This document shows, in pieces, positions 23,976 to 35,540 of a DNA stretch of 64,000 bases; the stretch's first letter is position 1, and every line of letters begins with the position of its first letter. The translations under genes were made by a program, and so were the position numbers. The notes below the pieces were generated by a model. It saw only the letters and a program-made list of their open reading frames with translations, did no database searches and was not told the DNA's origin. The stretch comes from Octopus vulgaris (taxonomy: Eukaryota): positions 88,970,001 through 89,034,000 of the forward strand of contig OX597819.1 in the NCBI GenBank assembly GCA_951406725.2, in the 5' to 3' direction.

Positions 23976-24475
23976 CAGTGGTTCTCAACCGGGATCCATA
24001 GGTACTACTTGAGAACAGTGGTCCCGGTGCGCGCACTCGCATAGTCACGCATCCGCGCTAGCTAGTCGTGACTAGTCGATCCTACGACTACCTAGCAAAG
24101 TAAATAAAACACAAAATAAATAATTTTTGTTAAACAAAGTAAGTAAAACGCAAAAACACAAAGTAAATAATTTTTTAAACTAAGTAAATAACACAAAAAC
24201 ACAAAGTAAGGATCGACTAGTCATGACTAGCTAGCGCGGATACGCGAGTGCGCGCACCGGGACCACTGTTCTCAAGAAGTACCGGGTTCATATGGCCCCC
24301 GAGTGCCAATATAAAATTTTGGGGGGTTCACGCAGCAAAATAGTAGATTGGGGGTCCAACAGCCCCTGAAAAAATTCTATTGTATGTATTGGTATGTATT
24401 GCAAGAAACAGCTAAGTTTCTTTCTCTAACATTTTACATAGTTCAACCTACACAAGTTGATGTGTATAAACGAAG
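23976..24475. mobile_element. hAT (Charlie/MER5-like) MITE, right end not found, with a nested element
   Basis: Starts CAGTGGTTCTCAACC, a typical hAT terminus, and continues ...ATGGCCCCC after the insert. Confidence 0.7.
24001..24283. mobile_element. Merlin-like (or MULE-like) MITE with about 75-80 bp TIRs
   Basis: TIR GGTACTACTTGAGAACAGTGGTCCCGGTGCGCGCACTCGC.. with its reverse complement ending ..CTCAAGAAGTACC. 9-bp TSD GGATCCATA / GGGTTCATA (7/9 match). Internal A-rich tandem repeats. Confidence 0.8.
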
Positions 24476-24499
24476 TGTAATGCTTATTTATCTTTTATT

Positions 24500-24905
24500 T
24501 TTTTATCTTTAGCTTGTTTCAGTCATTTGACTGCAGCCATGCTGGTGCACCACCTACTAAAAAGGGTTTTAGTTGAAGAAATTGACCCTGGGAATTTTTC
24601 TTTTTGTTAACCTAGTACTTATTCTATCAGTCTGTTTTGCTGAACTGCTAAGTTATGGGGGACATAAATACACCAGCATCAGTTGTCAAGCAATGGTAGG
24701 AAGAAAAACACAGACACATACATAAATATATACATATACACGACAGGCTTCTTTCAGTTTCCATCAACCAAATCCACTCACAAGGCTTTGGTCAGCCTGA
24801 AGCTATAGTAGAAGGCACTTGCCCAAGGTGCCGTGCAGTGGGACTGAATCCAGAACCATGTGGTTGAGAAGCAAGCTTCTTACCACACAGCCATGCCTGT
24901 GCCTA
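24500..24905 (-). mobile_element. SINE family A full-length copy
   Basis: Colinear with 4325-4722. Confidence 0.9.
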
Positions 24906-25059
24906 TGTCAATATTTTCTAGATGTATGGAATTTTCATCAGCAAAAAATGGAGTGCAGATTGTTACTTTACATGAAAATAAACTCACGTTCAAGAAGATA
25001 ACACCTCAGTTAATTGTTTCTGTTGGTGTTATCTAAAAAGCTTTTTGTGTCTACATTGC

Positions 25060-25800
25060 ACAGATACAACCCATTTGATAGAACAGACAGATCGTATATC
25101 ACAACTTTTCAAATAGATCACACAGTTCGTCCACCTGTGTTGCATCCTTATTTGCAACTAGCAGTACCACATAAGTACTGTGGTCAACAACAGTAATAAA
25201 TGCAGTAGTTAGACAATAAAAGTCTCAGCTGTAGAAACTTGTAGACACCATATACCAAACCCACACTGACTCCATGAACAGATGAGACCTCATAAACGTC
25301 TTCCAAGGGGGAAATACTAATTATGTTGCTTTTAACAGCAAGCAAACATAATTATTATACATCTAGGAAGCTCCGCCACACATTCCTTCATCACGAGTAA
25401 CATACAACTAGAGCCCTCACTGCCCTTACAACTGCTCCAAATATTTGGCTTCATCATAACTGAGAATCTCTCTTGGTTAAAGTACATCCTTAACATAGAA
25501 CTGTATCCCAACAACTAACTGGCTCTTTGCTTTAGGATCAGAATTCAATTCAATCCCCTACCCCAACTATTATTAGCTCTCGATAAAGCCCAGGGGAGGT
25601 CTAAAACGAAGTATTACTCCACATTTGGAGTATCATGCTGCAGACAAACATTCCACATTATATCCAGAAAAGAGTCACCTGACTGATTGACATAAAATCA
25701 CTCAACGATATGCTCCAGCCTCTAGCCATAAGCACATTCTTTCTCCCTCTATATTATTCTACTGCTACTGTAATAAATGGTCTTTGCTTCTCAGGGATTA
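25060..25800 (+). mobile_element. Decayed CR1/Jockey-group LINE, reverse transcriptase C-terminal region
   Basis: Frameshifted peptides DLINVFQGGNTNYVAFNSKQT, IFGFIITENLSWLKYILN and LLALDKAQGRSKTKYYS resemble the LINE motifs W...N.V.FN.SKT, LG..I...LSW..HI and LL.LYKAQVR..MEY.SHIW. Confidence 0.65.
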
Positions 25801-25821
25801 GACTCATACTATTTCTACTCA

Positions 25822-26070
25822 GGAGGCACATGGCTTAGTGGTTAGGGTAATGGACTCGTGATCGTCAAGATTGTGGTTTTGATTCTTGGACTGGGCAATG
25901 CATTGTGTTCTTGAGCAAACACTTCATTTCATATTGCTCCAGTTCCCTCAGCTGGCAAAAAATGAATAATCCCACAAAGGATTGGCGTCCCATCCAGGTG
26001 GGGAATTTATACACCATGAAAACCAGGAAGTTGGCTCTTAGGAGTCAGCAGGACTCGAGAAGGTAACTTC
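25822..26070 (+). mobile_element. SINE family C
   Basis: tRNA-like head GGAGGCACATGGCTTAGTGGTTAG plus CORE-like block. Confidence 0.7.
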
Positions 26071-27614
26071 TTTTTGTTTTTTGTTTTTTTTATTATTTCT
26101 ACTTAGGCATTCCTGACCCACTCGTCTCTCCTTCTTTAGCATAAATTTCGTTGATCAAGGAGAACCTATGAAAACCATGGTCTTATCCCTTTCCTCCAGA
26201 TACGGCAAAAAGAAAAGAAAAAAAAATGGTCAGCCTAAACATCATAGTAGAAGACACTTGCCCAAGATGCCATGCAATTACAAAGTAAACTTCTTAACTA
26301 CACAGCCCTGTGGTCTTGAAAAGGTTTACAATAACTTGATACTGATATATCAATGATATTTTTAGACTGCACATACAGCTATTCTATAAGAGAAAGAAAG
26401 AGTGGGTGTTTAAAATCCAACCCTTTCTGCTATATAGTATTTTATACAGTTTATGTTACACACGACTCCATTGAGGAACAATCAAAAGATAACTGTCAAC
26501 ATCGCTTCCAATTAATTTTAGGTTTAAATTATTCATACTTCAATTTTATTTTGTGTTATTTCAATTTATTTTTATTACTATTATTATCACCGTTATTATT
26601 ATTATTTTGGACAATTATTTCCCCATCCAGAAAATTCTGAAACCTATAGGCTGTCAGAATGTATGAAGATCTTCATAATAACATTAATAATAGCTTCTGT
26701 GTGAGTGTGTGTGCAAGTATATACATATTTTGTGAGTGTGTGTATGCATAAAGTGAAAAGACAAGAAGGGAAAAAAATTAAAAAGAAAACAGACGGTTTC
26801 TTGTTGCCAGCAATGTTCAGGACAATTTTAGATTTAGCAACAATCATCCTGTAAATTTACCATTTTTATGTGTAAACATTTGAGGATATGATGGATTGTC
26901 TTTTAAAAATGCAATGTACACATATTACTCGCAATTCCTAAAATAAACGATTATTCACAGCTAACTTTGGCAACACTTAGAAATTGCCAAGTAGTAGTAT
27001 TAGATTTTAAATACCTCTAATGCCAAATTAATGTTGCTTATTGGCAGGCAATTATCACCATCACCACCATCACACCATCATCATCATCACCATTATCATC
27101 TTTAGTAATCAAAATAAATTATACAATCTGTTGAATCATACTGTTAAGATTAATATGGTTTCTAATTTCAGAATCCTTTTTGATACCAACTTGCCTGCGA
27201 CTACCATTGGTTCTATGATAGAAAACTTCTTGTTTATTTAATTTTTTTTTTTTTAAAGAATTAATATTTAAATTTAAAGCTTTCCATCATAATTTAATCT
27301 AAGAGCCTTTTGTTCAGTAATATTTTAAAATACATGAGTAATAATGAGAAAAAACTCAATTTATTTTATTAAATTTCTTCCAAATTCTTGATTACTTCAA
27401 ATTTAATTACAACACACAGGCTGAATATTTGACTGACAATATGTTCATGAAAGGGTTACAAACACGGGTAAGATCATTATGAACTCATAATCAAAATGAT
27501 GATGTAGCAGAAGAAGAAGAGTACTTGGCTAATGTCAAAATTTAAATGAAACAGAAGAAACAAGCGGTGCCCTGTATTTACAAATTCTAAGTACAAAAGA
27601 TACACAAAACAGAA

Positions 27615-28162
27615 ATATTTATAATAAAGAGTGGGCTAACAGACAGCAATATATTAGCCCACATTTTTGTAACCCTTTTGTGTTACAGAAGGCTTGGGGT
27701 TCCTCAAGCTTTTCTAAACATGAAATTTCCATAATGCAAAAATTCATTTTTCTATTTACTTCCAAATAATAAATTGAGACACATTCAAGCAGAATTTTTT
27801 GAGGGGGGAGAAACAAAAACGACAAGGAACCACCTTTATGCATGGAAATAACCATTTTTCAAACAAATACAGTGAAAAAAATATATATTTATAATAAAGA
27901 GTGGACTAACATATAACAGTATATTAGCCCACATTTTTGTAACCCTTTTGTGTTACAGAAGGCTTGGGGTTCCTCAAGCTTTTCTAAACATGAAATACCA
28001 TAATGCAAAAATTTATTTTTCTATTTACTTCCAAATAATAAATTGAGATACATTCGGGCAGAATTTTTTGAGGTGGGGGGGGGGGAACAAAAACAACAAA
28101 GAACCACCTTTATGCATGGGAATAACCATTTTTCAAACACATACAGTGAAAAAAAATATATT
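27615..28162. repeat. Recent tandem duplication, 270-bp period, two copies
   Basis: ATATTTATAATAAAGAGTGG starts at 27615 and 27885; copies highly similar throughout. Confidence 0.95.
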
Positions 28163-28801
28163 AGGGAATAAAGACAGATAAACATTTAGCTATCATTTCA
28201 ATGACCATCGTGTTTGGCCCATTAGGTCCAGTTTGATTGTCAATCCACGCACTAAGGTTCTGCTGCATACTAAGCATCACATCACACGAGATCTATGAAA
28301 AAGCAATATCAGAGCAGTTAATGGAGTGGCAGCCTGAGAACTTAACGAAATTGTCACATAGCTCCCACAGCACATGTTGCAAGCATTAATGTTTTTGCAG
28401 TATGGCAAAAGAGTCCTTCTTCCACATCAAACCTTTGTAAAGCATTAAGTTTTAACATTTAATGTACTGCTTTTATGAGTGCCTTTCACACTATTGCTTT
28501 TACTTTCACTTGATGGCCTCTTTCTGGTTATCTTCAATAAGGCTAATGCACCACTCTCCATCTGTAGTGCGTGTTTGTGGGAATTAAATCCAGCGATAGC
28601 GGCAATAGACAAGAAATCTAAATCTACACAACTCTGGTGATAAACTAGAAATGCAGTGGTGGTGGTGATGATGGCCAAAATAACCTTACATCAACAACCA
28701 AAAATGATGGACAAGACATTCACCTACAATATGTTATTTTCAAAAGGCAAAAAAAAAAAAAAGATATTCTTTGATTAAAACATCATAATTTTAGAGTTTA
28801 A

Positions 28802-29021
28802 CCCTTTCGTTAGTGTATTTATTTTGAGATGCTCTGTGTTTGTTTCAATTATTTTAAATATAACAAAAAATTTAGTAAAATAACTTAGTTATCATTCAAC
28901 TAGTGTTAGAAACATAAATTGTGACTAAGGTTTGGTGGAAAATTTTAATTCAAAACTTATGAAAACAAGACATTTGTACTTAGAGCCAGAACTGGTTTCA
29001 GCGAGGTTGGTAACAAAAGGG
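28802..29021. mobile_element. piggyBac-like MITE
   Basis: TTAA|CCCTTTCGTTA ... TAACAAAAGGG|TTAA. Confidence 0.85.
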
Positions 29022-29479
29022 TTAAGATGGCTCAAAATTTATCTAAGTTTCTGCAAGGACAGGATTATGGGCACTATCTCAAAATGAGTGGACATACTTC
29101 TGTGCAGAATTCCATAATAATCATTTATGCAATGTAGGGAACCCTGTATTCTATGTAGTGTGCCGAAAATAATTTTTAACCAAGTGAAATTTTACCTAGC
29201 ATAGATTAGCTTTAACTAGTTTCCTTGAATTCCTTAGTTTCACTATGATATCTACATATAGTTACGAAATAATGACCCATATTGGTTTTAAATTTTGGCA
29301 CAAGGAGTAATTTCAGGAGAGAGGGTAAGTCAGTTACACTGACTCCAATGTCCAACTGCTACTTATTTTATCAACTGTGAAAGATGGATGTGAAGCTGTT
29401 TAGCATTTTCACCAATATGCTAATGATTCTGTTAGTTCATCACCTGGCAAATTCTACACATTTCTTTAATATTTATCTT

Positions 29480-29880
29480 CAGTATTTTACTTGTTTCAGT
29501 CATTGGGCTGTGACCATGCTGGAGCACTGCCCTATAGGGTTTAGTTGAACAAATTGACCCCAATTCTTACTTTTTAAGACCAGTACTTATTCTTTTAGTC
29601 TCTTTTGCCAAACAGCTATGTTACGGGGACATAGACAAACCAACACAATTTGTCAAAGAGTGGTGGGGGACAAAGACCAACACAAAGACATACGTATGTA
29701 CGTATGTATGTGTGCACATGCACACGTGCACAACAGGCTTCTTTCACTTTCAATCTACCAAGTACACTCACATGACTTTGGTCAGCCTAAAGCTGTAGTA
29801 GAAGACTCTCACCCAAACTGCCCTGCAGTGGGACTGAACACAAGATCACATGACTTTAAGCAAGTTCTTTCACTAGACAG
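29480..29880 (-). mobile_element. SINE family A, diverged full-length copy
   Basis: Colinear with younger copies. Confidence 0.8.
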
Positions 29881-30535
29881 CTCTGTGTGCACTGTTTGCT
29901 CAATAAAATGAAGAATTCAAAACTGGGAACATGTAAAGTCCCAACAGTTAAGTAATAAAGGTACCGTCTCAAATAAATAATGATGCATCATTTCTTCATA
30001 GTTTAACTGCCAAATTCACCATCATCATCATCATAACATCCACTGTTTTCATGTGTTGGATGGAATTCCCTGAAGTAGATTTTCTAGAGCTGGATGCCCT
30101 TCCTGTTGTCAGCTTTCAAGCATTCAAAAGTAAGGTAATATTTCCCCTTGGTCAGACATATTTCCATGAAAGATTGTAAATAAATCACACCTTTTGTATG
30201 ACGGTGATGCTCAGCTACAACTGTTAGATCATGTCAAGAGGAGACACGCACACAGATATATTCACATAAATGCACATACATGCATAAATGCTCTTACACA
30301 TACAGTAGGCTTCTTTTAGTTTTCATCTACCACATTAACTCACAATTGCTTTGGTCAGTGTAGAGCTATAGTAGAAAATACCTACCCAAGGTGCGATATA
30401 GTAGGATTGAACACAAAACCATGTGGTTGAGTTCTCAACCACATAACCATGCCTGCAACTATTTTGTCATGAAAAAATGTAAATATTATACTGTATAATA
30501 AAATTATTTCTTCAATTTCATTCCATAGTTAGAGT

Positions 30536-31114
30536 CACAGCTGTGGAGTCGGAATCATGTCAGTAAAATATACTGACTCTGATTCTGACTCGCAATGTCT
30601 TTATTCTTTAATATAAACCAGTAATAACATAGAGGCCTACTCAAAGTATAAACGTATGCATATGCATTAAGAGATATACTCTTTTACTTGTTTCAGTCAT
30701 TTGACTGCGGCCATGCTGGAGCACCGCCTTTAGTCGAGCAAATCGACCCCGGGACTTATTCTTTGTAAGCCCAGTACTTATTCTATTGGTCTCTTTTGTT
30801 GAACCGCTAAGTGATGGGGACATAAATACACCAGCATCAGTTGTCAAGCAATGCTAGGGAGACAAACACATACATACATATATATATGTATATATATATA
30901 TACACACATATATACGACAGGCTTCTTTCAGTTTCCGTCTACCAAATCCACTCACAAGGCTTTGGTCGGCCCGGGGCTATAGCAGAAGACACTTGCCCAA
31001 GATGCCGTGCAGTGGGACTGAACCCGGAACCATGTGGTTGGTTAGCAAGCTCACAATCACTTAATTACATAATGAGTCGGAGTCAAACTTTTTTGGTTCA
31101 ACTCCACAGCCCTA
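30536..31114. mobile_element. hAT MITE (GAGTCG-repeat type) with an 8-bp TSD, interrupted by a young SINE
   Basis: TSD GTTAGAGT (30528-30535) / GTTAGAGC (31115-31122). Termini ..GCTGTGGAGTCGG / ACTCCACAGCCCTA; subterminal GAGTCGGAGTC. Confidence 0.75.
30678..31050 (-). mobile_element. SINE family A, young copy, slightly 5'-truncated
   Basis: Near-identical to 4325-4722. Confidence 0.92.
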
Positions 31115-31289
31115 GTTAGAGCATTGCATGTATAAAATATAGCAGAAGAATACTACAGATTCTTCACTCATTCTTAGTCCTCAACAAAAATAAATTTAAT
31201 GTAAAGCTTATTTATTCCCATTATTTTTGAACTAATCATGCATGACCTGTCCACAACAGCAGAAGCTTTAAGGCAGTATCCCCTGGTGA

Positions 31290-31565
31290 AGAGTCCTGTG
31301 CTGGTACCACATAAAAAGCACCCATACTACATAATGGGCACTTGTACTGGTGACACATAAGAGCGTTCATGCTGGTGGCACATTAAAAGCACCCAGCACA
31401 CACTGTAAATGGTTGGCGTTAAGAAGGGTGTCCAGCCATACAAACCTACCCGAACCAAACTGGAGCCTTGGTACAACCCCCCAACTTTCCAGCTCTGGTC
31501 AAACCATCCAACCCATACCAGCATGAAAAACGGGTGTTAAAGGATGATGATGATGATGATGATGA
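31290..31565 (+). mobile_element. Family D repeat with (GAT)n tail
   Basis: GGTTGGCGTTAAGAAGGGTGTCCAGC..CCAGCATGAAAAACGG..GATGATGAT. Confidence 0.75.
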
Positions 31566-31692
31566 TTATTATTATTATCTCATAACTTTTGAGATGATTT
31601 CAATGACATTGCAGGGTAGGTATGAAAAGCCAGATCTGGTGAGTCTAAATATAAAGCAGGTAGAATATTTAAAAAGTATGTGACTGCTTTAA

Positions 31693-31868
31693 CCCTTTAG
31701 CACTTGAACTGGTCATATCTGGCCTTTCAAACCTTCACTACAATGTCATTCTAAAAATAAATAATTACCATATCTAAATCTCAAAGCTACAAGATATGCA
31801 TGATTGATAAAAAAACGATGTGAATAAATAAGCATTACATTTGATGGAGCTGTCTAAATCCTAAAGAG
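31693..31868 (-). mobile_element. piggyBac-like MITE
   Basis: TTAA|CCCTTTAGCA..CTAAAGAG|TTAA. A partial opposite-orientation copy lies immediately upstream (about 31580-31690). Confidence 0.75.
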
Positions 31869-33134
31869 TTAAACTAAATACATCACATATTCAGTATTTT
31901 CTCCACAATATGAAAATAAGGCAAACACTAAATAAGCCAATCCCAGGAGAAAACACAAGTCAAAATTCTACAATGATAAAGAATATCCATTTGGAGATTT
32001 GGTTGAAATATATATATTTTTTTTTATTAATGCACAGAGAATGGACAGATATAAACTAGCATACAAATAAAATTTTTCATTTAGATTATATCTTGAAATA
32101 GAAGCAAAAAGTAAAACAAGAAAGATTTTAAACAGCTTTTTCTAATATCAATTTGCTGAAGAAGAAATTGTGAGCGTATGTACATATATACATATATATA
32201 TATTATAGAGAGAGAGAGAGAGAGTGAGCTATTGATATGTGTGTGTGTGTATATATAAAAATATATATATAGATGTGTGTGTGTGCAGATGCTATACAGG
32301 ATAATATGGCTAAGTGTGCAAGTGCATATTAGAACATAAGCATTCAAAAAAATTGTGAATATGTGCATTAAACCATGTATATCATTATTTATACATCAGT
32401 GTGTATGAATTGTTGCATGCATGTACGTATGTATGTATTTGTATATCAACATCATATATGTAAATACTAATTGAAGGAAAAAAAGAAAAACCCAAAAAAC
32501 TCAAATACTATTAAGAAATAAGTATTTAGGAAAATCTGCTATTTGTGAAAATGTTAACCAGCCATCGAAGATAAGTGGCAAGGAGATAAATGATTAGAGC
32601 AGTTTTATAGTTAAATGATTAGGTTTCCACAAATGCAATTTGTGAAAATGTTAACCGACTATCACAGATAAGTGATAGGAGATGAATGATCAGACTTGGT
32701 CTATATTTTTAAATGATGATTTAACTATAAAACCACATAGAATTTAACTATATATACAAAATCATAATGTAAGTTTGAGAATATGTTTGTAATGCCTTTT
32801 TTTGTTTTGTTCTGTTTGGGTTTTTATTTTTAAAGGAAGTCCTCTATTAATCTGTTTTTAAGACCACGTGTTGAATCTATGTTCTTGTAATTGCTACTTT
32901 ATAACTAAATTCTCAACTGAAACTAAAACACGCAAACTAAAATACATTCAGACTGATATTTTCAACAAAGAATGTTTAAATGAAAACAAATTACTTTTCT
33001 TCCTCCACCTTATAAATCTTTTAATCAAATAAAAATACACTTACCACACATATTCATAAACACATTAACACACTCTAAAAAATATGGGGATATATTAGAA
33101 GAAAAACACAAAAAAAGCAAGGACCCTTAGTAAT

Positions 33135-33350
33135 AGTTTCAAATTTTGGCAAAGGCCAGCAATTTCAAGGAATGGGGTAAATTGATTAGATCGACCCCTA
33201 TGTCCAACTGGTACCTATTTTATCAATTTCTTAAGGATGAAAGGCTAAGTTAACCTTAGTGGCATTTGAACTCAGAACATAAAGACAGACAAAATGCCAC
33301 TAAGCATTTTGCCCAGTGTGCTAACAATTTTGCCAGTTTGCTGTCTTAGA
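33135..33350 (-). mobile_element. SINE family B
   Basis: Reverse complement of the family B body. Confidence 0.75.
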
Positions 33351-33819
33351 TAACTTCATGATGGGTATAGCTGTGTGATTAAGAAGCTCGCTTTGTAAAC
33401 AAGGACTCAGTTGATTAAATAGACCCCAGTGTACCTAGGGCAAATGTCTTCTACTATAGCCTCAGTCTGGCTAATGCATTGTGAATGGATGTGACAAACA
33501 GAAACTGGGTGGGAGGCCCATTGTGTGTGTATATGCTGGTACATGAACTAGTGGTTCAGGTGTTGTACTCACAATCGCAAGCCCATAGTTTCAATCCCCA
33601 GACTAGTTGTGTGTCATTTTATTCAGCAAAACACTTCATTTCACATTGCTCAAGTCAGCACAGCTGGAGATAACCTTGCAATGGACAGTTATTCTGTTCA
33701 AAAGTAATGTAATGTGCACTCACTAGCCAGCAGGGTGGCACCATCTGAAAGCTGAATGTGAAGTGCATTGTGACCAGTGGTGTATAACAACATATGATAG
33801 GCTGGTTGATACAGTGGGA

Positions 33820-34425
33820 TATACGAGATGCTGAAAGGTTCCTGGCTTTAAGGGTATCTTGAAAGGCCTCGTTAAAGACCCAACCGTCCAAGTTATTTTA
33901 CAAGGCTTAGAAAAACTAAAAGACTACTGCAATAAGTGTGTGAATCTGAGAGGAGAATATGTCTGGTTGGTCAGGATGGGCTCTGCTAGGCAACCCCCAT
34001 CCTATTCCACCACAGATGCATTTAATGAAGACTGTCTTGTTTATGACATTACAACCAAAGATTTTTGCTTCTTGCACACATTCCAAGGATCTTTTGTATG
34101 CATTCTTTTGAATAAAAAAAAAAAATCCTTTAAAAACAGCAGACAAGTCTTACCATATACTTTTGGAAAAAAAAGGAAGAATGCATGTAGTCCGTGGCAC
34201 ACCATCTGTACTTATGGGGTGCTGAAAAGTTCCTGGTTTTAAGAATATTGCAATGGGCCTGCTTGGAAGCCCGACCTTCAAAGTTTTTTTTACAGGGCTT
34301 AGAACAGCTGAAGGACCACTGCAATAAGTGTGTGAATCTGAAAGGGGAATACTTTGAATATGATCATAATTAACTGATCCTTCGGTAGTTTCTTTTACCC
34401 AAAGCAGGAACTTTTCAGCACTCCT
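33820..34425 (+). mobile_element. Two mariner-derived MITEs (partial 33820-33965, full 34215-34425) flanking an unidentified repeat
   Basis: TGCTGAAAAGTTCCTGG TIRs; ILQGLEKLKDYCNKCVNLRGEYV peptide. Confidence 0.85.
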
Positions 34426-35044
34426 TTGTGTGTGTGTGTGTGTGTGCATGCACAGGTGTATGTTTCATTGTTTGCCACCCCATCCCACTTCATTTCTTGT
34501 CAACCAGTATTGGCTTGTCTATACACTCTTAACTTTGTGGTTCAGCAAATGAGACTAACAGAATAAATATCAAGCTTAAAAAAATAAGTATAGGGGTCGA
34601 TTTGTTTGCCTAAAACCCCTCTAAGGTAGTGCTGCAGTATCGCAGCAGTCCAATAATTGAGACTAGTAAGTAAGAAGTAAAATAAAATAAAAAGATCATC
34701 ATCATTATTGTTTTTAAACCCATTTTTTCCTGGACAGCAGGGATTGGACAAAGTTTATTGAGTCAGATTTTCTATGACCAAATGTTCTTGTTGCCAACTC
34801 CTACTTATTTTTCAAATATTTTTTGTTGCCCTGATCATCATATGTCCACTGATTGAGGGGACTTCAATTTTATAGGAAACCGTAAATAGTTTTACTGTTT
34901 TTTGTACAGACTGTGTTAATGAAGACAAGCAGAACCAAATTTCTCTCACACACACACACACAAATTTCCATATAATTCTAATAATTCAAAGAATTCTAAT
35001 AATATCAATAATGTTTTCCATATTTATGATGATAATAATAATAA

Positions 35045-35540
35045 TTGTTTCAAATTTTGGCTCAAGGCCAGCAAGTTGAAGAAAGGGACTCAGTTGATTA
35101 AATAGACCCCAGTATTCAACTGGTGCCTATTTTATCAACCCCAAAAGGATGATAGGCAGAATTTGAACTCAGAATATAAAAACAGATGAAATGCCACTAA
35201 GCACGATTTTGCTAGCTTGCTGCCTTGATGATGATGATGACGATGATGATGATGATGATCCTTTCTACTATAGGCACAAGGCCTGAAATTTCAGGGGAGG
35301 GGGTGAGTCGATTACATCAACCCCAGTATGCAACCGGTACTTAATTTATTAACCCTGAAAGAATGATAGGCAAAAGTCATCCTTGGCGGAATTTGAACTC
35401 AGAAAATAAAGACAGACGAAATAACAACAATAATAATAATTGTTTTAAATTTTGGCACATTGCCAATAAATTTAGGGGGGGGGGGGAGTTACATGACTAC
35501 ATTGATCTGAGGACTTAACTGGTATTTTATATTATCAATG
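35045..35540 (-). mobile_element. Cluster of three SINE family B copies
   Basis: Repeated TTTCAAATTTTGGC..ACCCCAGTA..GAATTTGAACTCAG. Confidence 0.8.

Noticed and set aside
33859-34242. 127-aa ORF with a CNKC motif
   Set aside because: A mariner C-terminal relic in a MITE running into an unrelated repeat; not a gene.
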